Source: Eledone cirrhosa
Taxonomy: Eukaryota
DNA length: 64,000 nucleotides
NCBI GenBank assembly: GCA_964016885.1
Contig: OZ024743.1
Coordinates: 70,494,001 to 70,558,000, forward strand
Direction of reading: 5' to 3'
This document shows, piece after piece, positions 55,446 through 64,000 of the stretch; position 1 is the stretch's first letter; the number at the start of each line of letters is the position of its first letter. The notes under the pieces are model-generated. The model did not search any database. It saw nothing but the letters and a program-made list of their open reading frames with translations, and had not been told where the DNA came from. The translations under genes were made by a program, and so were the position numbers.

Positions 55446-57284
55446 AATACGTAAGCACATACACATGTTAATGTTAAAGTGTTATAGCATGAATATCAAA
55501 CTTGATTGTTGGACAAAATATCAGCATGTTGGGCATATTTGTCGACCATTGAAAGTGACCTAGTTAATAGGAGGATATAGGCCTACAAGTTAGAGGGTCA
55601 AAGGTTAGAATAGCTTCAGCAGCTTGTTATTATATCAGACAATGAGAAAGTGCCTATGCCCTCTCTCTCAATATGCTAGGTATATAAACCAAAACCCACA
55701 CACAAACCCGGGCACTGTCACCCTTAACTCAGGAACAGTGGAAGATGGCCAAATAAGCGCCGTCGATAGGGTTGGGTTTAGACCTGGGGTGGGCACGTCA
55801 GGCTTTTAGAATACACAGCAAGCCCCCCAATTTTACATATCAAAGTTATCTTGACGCAAGTAATTGGAATTGAAAAATTTTACATACAGGTATTAAATTC
55901 AAAAATTCTAACCATCCTAAAACTAAAAAGCCCAGCTGAGGGCACAAATATATTGCTACGACTGTCACTGGTTTCCCTCCACCACTACTACTTGAGGGGA
56001 CCTGTGTCAATTTCCCCCCTTTGCCCCCAATTAAATCCGGCCCTGGCCGTCGATACCTAGGTGTCTCCAGCTGACCGGTTATATTCCACCCGAAGAAGAA
56101 ACCCCGTGATGTAGAGTGGCTAATGCAGTAGGTGGTACTGGCTGTCTCGCTGCAAATGCGCCCGCCATTTTCTCCACAGGGCGCAGCTGAGATATACCAT
56201 ATAGATTGGTGAAGAATTGACAGTCATTAGAGCTTTGGGTAGAATGCCTAGCGTCATTCGTTTCGACTCTCTGCTCTCTCAGTTCAAATTCCACAGAAGT
56301 CAACTTTGCCTTTCATCCATTAGAGGTCGATAAAATAAGTACCATTCTAGTACTGGGGTCGATTATTGCTCTATATCTCCTTCTCACTTCCATCCTCTCA
56401 GCCACTCTATCCTTCACTGGAAGAAATCTGCTGTATTCAGACCTGGAGAGGATTGGGCTCCGCCGGGTTTTAAAGTGTCACAGAAGCGCCGTATGTTTAT
56501 ACAAGACTATGTATGCATGTAATTTAAGGGGTTGAATGTTTCAGGTAAAAGAACACATTAGATAAACCTAGGGTGTTCAGCTCACGATTGTAGAGCTGGG
56601 AGATCGAACGGATCTGTAGTGGAAAAAAAAAATTAATTTCTAATTTAGGTACAAGACCGGCAAATTAGGAGGAAGGGCAGAGTAGATTAAACAGCCCCAG
56701 TACTTAACTGGTACTTTATTTTATTGACCTCGGAAGGATGAAATACCAAATTGACCTCCGGAGGAAATGAGAGAAAAATATTTGGAAACTATTGGCCGTG
56801 TGGTTTCAAATATTGTATGAAGACATTTTATTAATTTACAATACTAATGTTTCACTTTGGAAAGATATAAACACCAACACTCCCATTTCATTTTAAATTG
56901 TATTGTCGTTTTAAGGAATTAGTCAAGAAATATACTGAAAGGGAGCAGGGTTGTAAATAGAGAAAATTGTTTTGGTTGAGAAGATATTTTATATTCCGTT
57001 ACCAACTTCAGACAAGATAAAGGCAACTTATACTGCTATGTACAACAAAATAGAAAGAAACAATAGATGGGAGAATGAAAAGAAGAAAGAAACTAAGAGA
57101 TAGAAAGAGAGAAGGAAAGAAAGAAGGAAAGAAAGAAGGAGAAAGAAAGGAGAAAGAGAGGGGAAAGAGAGCTTGATAGAAAGAATGCGGTCTAAATATA
57201 GCCTTGAACGTCAACAAAAGAAACAGAAACAACATCAACAATAATTTAAAAAATAAGCAAACAAACATATAATAAAAAAAACGA

Positions 57285-57470
57285 AAGATAATAACAGCAA
57301 TAACAACAATAACAGCAATAACAACAATAACAACAATAACAGCAATAACAACAATAACAACAATAACAGCAATAACAACAATAACAACAATAACAGCGAT
57401 AACAACAATAACAACAATAACAGCGATAACAACAATAACAACAATAACAGCAATAACAGCAATAACAGTA
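57285..57470. repeat. (AATAACAAC/AGC)n 9/27-bp repeat
   Basis: Direct reading. Confidence 0.9.
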
Positions 57471-57958
57471 TCAGATCCGAAACAGCAACGAAGATTACAA
57501 CAGGACAATAAAATTAAAACCAACAGAAGGAAGCGATGTCATCAACCCCCATCCCCTCACCACTACCTCCACCACCACCACCGCCGCCATCACCACCACA
57601 ATCACCACCGGCACCACCACCATCAGTAGTACTACTGCCGTCCTTTAAACATGTCCATATATCAACATGATATCCGGATCATCTGTCATATATATATATA
57701 CACCCCTCTTTCCTTATCTTTATTTGTAAACCACATTTGTATACATACACACGTATATATTCTATATATATATATATACGTGTGTATGTATAGAAATTTG
57801 GTTTACAATATATATATATATATGCATACATCCGTTAGTTTTACTCAAATACTCACGCACGCACGCGCACTCATTTACATTTTTTGTTGTTTTTGCTGTT
57901 GTCTTTGTCCTGTGCGCCCCCCGTGTTTTGAATATAAACATGTATATACATATATATA

Positions 57959-58048
<90 letters not shown>

Positions 58049-58125
58049 CGTGTTTTGTTTGTGTGTGTATGTATGCATGTATAAATGGAAGCACATACAT
58101 ATACATGCATATATATATATGTGTA

Positions 58126-58170
<45 letters not shown>

Positions 58171-58171
58171 T

Positions 58172-58207
58172 TCTTCTGATGAAGGACTAGCGTCCGAAAC
58201 GTTAAGA
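58172..58207 (+). ncRNA. Ultra-minimal 36-nt hammerhead directly after (TA)n
   Basis: tctt CTGATGA a ggac-tagc-gtcc GAAA cg TT aaga. Confidence 0.8.
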
Positions 58208-58291
58208 CCCTCTTCCTGCTATATCAAGCGTTAACCTAATATATACCTTCCATATACTGTACCGATTGTGTTGTTATTTCTGTTTACCTTT

Positions 58292-58340
<49 letters not shown>

Positions 58341-58363
58341 ATATATATGTGTATGTAAATATA

Positions 58364-58421
<58 letters not shown>

Positions 58422-58424
<3 letters not shown>

Positions 58425-58624
58425 CGAAGGAAGTGTGATAAGGAACCAGGTGGACCATAACGCACCAGAGTACTCGATACTATGAGTAGTAGTATGGGTA
58501 ATAGGAAAATAGTCAGGACCCCGACGGCTGAGCTCCGGCCGTTTAACAGCTAGTTCTGAACTGTCCAGAAATAGCTGTCGAAACGGCCGGAGCTCAGCCG
58601 TCGGGGTCCTGACTCTTTTCCTAT
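58422..58624. mobile_element. Fold-back mini-insertion of the 3' end of the 18.7-21.0 kb PLE family
   Basis: 58422-58545 resembles the reverse complement of 20882-21003; 58501-58624 is a near-perfect hairpin; (TA)n flanks. Confidence 0.85.
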
Positions 58625-58804
58625 ATATATATATATATATTAAAATTTTCTCTCTGGCCTGTTTACATACAAGTATGTGAATGTTGTATATCTAATGATA
58701 TACAGTATGCTTACAAATAAACATTTGACGCCTTCCAGTTATGAATATTGAAAAGCTGACGGCTAGCGCCGTCTAGCAGATTCCAGCAGAAGTAATGAGG
58801 GACA

Positions 58805-58845
58805 ACTGCCAACGCGTTTCTGGCTTTGGCCGTCATCAGGGTAGT
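58805..58845 (-). ncRNA. Minimal hammerhead, intact core
   Basis: actacc CTGATGA c ggc-caaa-gcc a GAAA cgcg TT ggcagt. Confidence 0.8.
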
Positions 58846-59254
58846 GCTTCCCCTGCACTCTGCTGGAATTTGAAACAGGCAACAACAAAAAATATATACA
58901 TATATACATACATAGAAGCACATGCACACACACATGATGACCCCCAACTCACGATCAAGTATGTCCATCTTTGCTGCCTCTACCCTGTTCCTTTGAAAGA
59001 TGACATGCTTTCCCATCATGGGCGCTCAAGGTAGAGACGGCATACATGAACATGGCAAGAGTAACCTATCTCTACCTAGGTACCGATAGCACGCTACCGA
59101 TGGTCACAACAGCGCATGTGGGCATACATAGATACATACATACTGCAGCCTGATGAGGGCCCGTCACCTCCAAGTAATTGGAGCAGGCTGATTAATGTTT
59201 GACAGAGTGGGTTGAGACGTGGTTTTAATTGATAACTGGTTTGGTATGGTTTGG

Positions 59255-59495
59255 TGGAGGTGCATGGCCTAGTATAAAGGGTGTTGGTCTTACAATATTA
59301 ATGTCGTGGGTACGATTCCTGAGCTGGGGTGCGTGTTGTGTTCTTGAGAAAAACACGTCATTTCACGTTGCTCCAGTATACTCAGCTGAAATTGAGTACC
59401 AGCGATGGACTGGCGCCCTGTCTAGCGGAGAGCCATATGCTCTCAGTAGCTTAACGCCAAGGAATCGCGACAAGCACTGCCCTGATGAGCCTTAG
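59255..59495 (+). mobile_element. OR-like SINE, diverged
   Basis: tRNA-like head and gttgtgttcttgag..tttcacgttgctccagt core. Confidence 0.75.
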
Positions 59496-59656
59496 GACTT
59501 TAGACAGACTGTAGACCTTAGATTTGGTAGCTTTAGTGGGTAGCTGTGATAAAACGGAAATTCCTATTTTGTAAATAAATGTTTTGCTGTTATTCTGAGA
59601 GAAAATCTCTTTAGAATTTTCTATTTTTTCCTTTTTTTACTATTACACACACGCAC

Positions 59657-59750
<94 letters not shown>

Positions 59751-59809
59751 GTATGTATATATATATATGTATATACATATACACTTATATAAATATATAT
59801 ATACATATG

Positions 59810-59889
<80 letters not shown>

Positions 59890-60490
59890 ACAATTAACAA
59901 AGAGAGGACAAGACAACGAACGGAGACAAAAGGCGAAACCAACTTTAGAAGGAGAAAACTTTTTTGAACAAATATTTTTTGAACAAATATTTTTTGAAAA
60001 TAAAAGTACAAACGAAGGACACATAACTCCTTGGTCATCGTCCTTCGAGATGGCCTTTGGCTGTTTCGACCCCTACCAACGGTATTGCTGGTCCACCCGG
60101 TGTCACAGCGTCTGGCATTAGCCAATCGGTGCCCAGTAGAGTAAGAGACGAGAGATAAAGTAGTCTTTTACACTTTTACCTCCTCCAGCCTTGCTAAGGC
60201 CATGCTAAGGGCACCACCCTATATATATATCTACAGGTTAAAAGACATATATATATATATATAATTTGCTCTACGGTTCTTATATATTTGATATATATTT
60301 ATCCTTATCGAGCCCTCTTTGGATTTTAGTCTTCAAATTTATTATTACTATATATATATTTGTCAAGCTATTTAAACGTATGTTATTACTCTAAGGACCT
60401 ACCCTTATTGAGTGCTTTGCTAACTCATTCCTATTGTAGGTCGACTTTGTTTGCCCACAGCCAAAGCTTCGATTTTACTAACCTTCCACT

Positions 60491-60551
<61 letters not shown>

Positions 60552-60724
60552 AATCTGTTCTTTGTTTTTATTTCATTGTTTTTATTAATTTATATATATA
60601 TATATATATATCTTTTCTCGTTCTTGCTTTCTCCTTATTTTTTAGCAACTACACACACACGTCTCTTCATATATTTTATATATATAAATATATATATATA
60701 TATACATACATATATATATATATA

Positions 60725-63700
60725 TCATCATCATCATCATCATCATCATCATCGTTTAACGTCCATATTCCACGCTTGCAGGGGTTTGGACGGGAGTTTT
60801 CCCACTTGAGGCAAGAGTGGTTGTCTTGCTCGCATAGGACTGTCTGGCTGGTTTTCTACGGCTGGATGCCCTTCCTAACACCAACCACATTTACAGTGTG
60901 GAACTGGGAGGTTTTGACCGTGTTACCTACACGGCCACATTACAGCGTGGACAGTGTGTTTTTTTGTCGTGACACCTACACGACCTCATTTGTTTCGGGC
61001 TTGATGTTGTGACACCAACATAACTTTACATTGAAAGGGGTGGTGTGGATGGGGTGTGGGTAGTGGGACGGAGGTGTATTTTGTTAGAGGTGCCTACTGA
61101 CTGTAGTAGGTTTCACTTTGTACTTAGGTAAGGCGGGTCTTCTCTATTACTGTGTAGCGACAAAGCTCTCGGTCCAGTGACATTGTCTTGGAGAGGTGTA
61201 AGTGTGTGAGGTCAGAATTTATCAAGTCGTCCCAAGTTTTTCTGCGTCTGCCTACTCCGTGGCTACCGTCTATTTTTATTGCCCTGCACTTTTTTATACA
61301 GCTGGCGTCTTTCATGCGCATCACGTGACCATACCAACGTAGTCTTCTCTCGAGTAAACAACATCTGATCCCTCTTATTTCTAATTTCTCCCTTAGTTCG
61401 TTTATGCTTTGCCGTTCACGTATATTACTATTACACATCCAGCTGAGCATGCAAGCTTCGTTTCTCTCCAGTCTGCGTAGATCCTTTGCACACAATGCCC
61501 AGGTCTCACTGCCATGTAACATTGCTGTTCGTATGCAGGCATCATACAGCCTGCCTTTCATTTTTAGAGAGAACCCTTTAGCGGCTAATAGTGGTATAAG
61601 CTCTCTGAACTTTTTCCATCCCGTTCTGACTCTAGCTACTGTACTTTCAGAGCACCCTCCCCCACTGCTGATTTTATCACCCAGGTAACGGAAGCTATTC
61701 ACTATTTCTATAGAACCATCTGTGCAATGGAATGAGTTAGTATTCTGTGGGCACTTGCTACTTATTGCACCAGAGCACCGGCCACATATAAAATCTATAT
61801 TCTTAGTTAGCTTACCTGTGATTCCACTACATCTTTTATGTACCCATACTTTGCATTTGGGACATAAAATGGAGTTTCTACCTCCTCCTTTCCTACACAC
61901 TGAGTATGGCCATTTCCCAGATGGGACCGGTGCCCTATTTTCCTTCCTACAAACTAGAACTTTAATTTTAGACAAGTTAACTTTAAGGCCTTTTGATTCT
62001 AGGCCATGCTTCCATGTTTGGAATTTCTTCTCTAGTTCAGCCATTGATTCAGCTATGAGTGTTAGATCATCTACATATAGGAGTTCCCATGGGCAGCCGG
62101 TCTTGAACTCCTCCGTTATAGCCTGAAGGGCAATAATAAATAGTAGGGGGCTAAGGACGGAGCCCTGATGAACACCAACTTTTACGCTAAACTCTTCACT
62201 ATATTCGTTGTTAATTCTAACCTTGCTGACTGTTTCTTTATACATGGCTTGTATAGCTCTCACAAGCCATTCCTCAGCACCTAGTTTTCTAAGGGCCCAC
62301 CAGATAATCGAGCGGGGTACTCTGTCAAAGGCTTTCTCCAAGTCAACAAAAGCTAAGTATAGGGGTTTACTTTTAGCTAGGTACTTCTCCTGTAGTTGTC
62401 GTATAATGAAAAGAGCGTCTGTTGTACTTTTTCCGGACACAAACCCGAACTGCATTTCGTCTAGATCAATTCGCTCTCTGATTAATTGCGCTATTACTTT
62501 TTCTGTGACCTTCATGACCTGGTCAATTAATTTAATGCCGCTATAGTTTCCCCTATCTAGGGTATCACATTTACCCTTGTAGCAGTTAATGATGATGCTA
62601 CTGCGTCAGTCCTTCAGAACCACCCCATTCTGTATGACTTGGTTTACTATCCGGGTGACCATAGTGTGTCCCACCGTTCCAGATGCTTTCAGGATTTCGG
62701 CAACTATTTCCGAAGGCCCGGCCGCCTTGCCCGTCTTCATGTCTTTGATCGCCTTACTTATTATACTACCTTCAACTAGCACTACTGGTCCCTCTATTGG
62801 GTCAATGTGGGGGAGACTGTCTTTCTCCCAATTATTCTCCTCATTTAGTAGCCTTTCGTAGTGACACTTCCAAGCTACCTTCTTATCAGCGTCAGTGATG
62901 GCAAGTACACCATCATCATTTAGGACACACTTCTCCCCGACAATATCACTGTTTTCCTTGACACATTGCCTAGCAATCCTGAACACCTCACGTTTTTGGT
63001 CCTCGCGTTGTAGAACATGCTTGAACTTTCTTTCCTCTGCTTCCCTTCTTGCGAAGTACACTTGTCTCCTAGCTTCCCTCCTGGTCACTTGATAGTCTTC
63101 TCTACTTCCCCCCATCCCGCCATGCTTTCCAAGCCTGCTTTTTGGCCTTGATTGACCTCTCCACCTTACTGTTCCACTACCAAGTTACTCTCCTCCTGCC
63201 TATAGGCCTGCTCCAACCACAGGTTTCATCTGTCGCCTTCAGCAGGTTAGCTTTCAGGAATTCCCACTGTTCCTCTATAGTGTACGACTCTAATTGCTCT
63301 TCCTTACTATCAAAAGCATCAAGTAATATGCTTTTAAATTTATGACTGGCTGTGGGGTCCTTTAACTTCCATATTTTTCTCCTGAGGATAGTCCTCTTCC
63401 TTTGTCGAATACGTCTCGTCATGACTATGAGGTCGCTAATTATGAGTCTATGTTGAGACGTGCATTCTTCATGGGGGAGGAATTTAGTGTTTACAACAGA
63501 CACTCTGTCACGTCTCCTGGTAAGGATATAGGTGATCAAGTGATTGTCTCGTTTTTTGAAGTTAGTGTTACAGATAGTTAGGTTATTTGCGTCACAGAAT
63601 TCCAGGATTCTGGAGCCTTCCTCATTTCTAGTATCAAACCCATAGCCTCCATGGATTCCGTCATAGTCGTCACAATGTTGTTCAACGTGACCATTTAGGT

Positions 63701-63737
63701 CGCCAGCAATAATTATATAGTCACTGTCGGTTATTTT
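60725..63737 (-). mobile_element. RTE-clade LINE, 5'-truncated, with (ATG)n tail
   Basis: APE endonuclease remnant (IAGDLNGHV..GGYGF..RNEEGSRILEFC), RT, 3' UTR and (cat)n tail. Confidence 0.93.
61124..62515 (-). pseudogene. RTE reverse transcriptase with embedded PHD-type finger
   Basis: QFGF..STTDA, FVDLEKAFDRV, GVHQGSVLSPLLF, LLYVDD, FRYLG, RRLRWYGHVMR; upstream stops and frameshifts. Confidence 0.92.
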
Positions 63738-63968
63738 GGGAGGTAGTGAGCATCAGTGTCTCATAGAATCTGTCTTTTATAGTGCCGGGCAGTCTGGATT
63801 GGGGTGCGTACGCAGATATTACTGTCACGGTAGTTCTATTGAGGACAAGTCTTATTTTAATTATTCTGTCGTTCACTCTATTTACGTCTATTATCTTATC
63901 TGTATTATGTATGTATGTATGTAAAAAGTAAACAGAAATAACAAAGCATACGACACTACATTTATATA

Positions 63969-64000
<32 letters not shown>

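Noticed and set aside
59145-59495. CTGATGAG at ~59150 and ~59482 as hammerheads
   Set aside because: No downstream GAAA/stem III; the second lies in a SINE tail
60040-60115. Minus-strand CTGTGA...GAAA cagcc..ggc motif
   Set aside because: Core has a deletion and stem I does not pair; too degenerate to call

Overview
Eukaryotic, repeat-dominated 64-kb window. The SINE families, (TA)n/(CA)n/(GGT)n load and RTE tail point to an octopus-type cephalopod genome (inferred). Nearly all long ORFs in the track are microsatellite artefacts. The real coding remnants are all transposon-derived: a decayed Helitron Rep-Hel carrying an inserted L1/Tx1 LINE, a non-autonomous Helitron, seven Penelope-like element (PLE) bodies (two Nematis-like, five Naiad-like, two of which are the arms of a ~5-kb palindrome), an RTE with a PHD finger inside its RT, and Ingi-like, CRE-like and mariner fragments. 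Two phase-compatible candidate host exons lie on the minus strand near 52-54.5 kb. The main hidden signal is RNA-level. Reading both strands by eye gives about 28 minimal type-I hammerhead ribozyme motifs from roughly 15 sequence families. They sit in PLE pseudo-LTRs and in many small non-coding units lodged between (TA)n tracts. Several units have retrozyme-like direct repeats or fold-back architecture, long stem-II inserts, palindromic stem-III loops, and a recurrent compensatory U3-A8 core. All folds, counts and identities were made by eye; none were computed.
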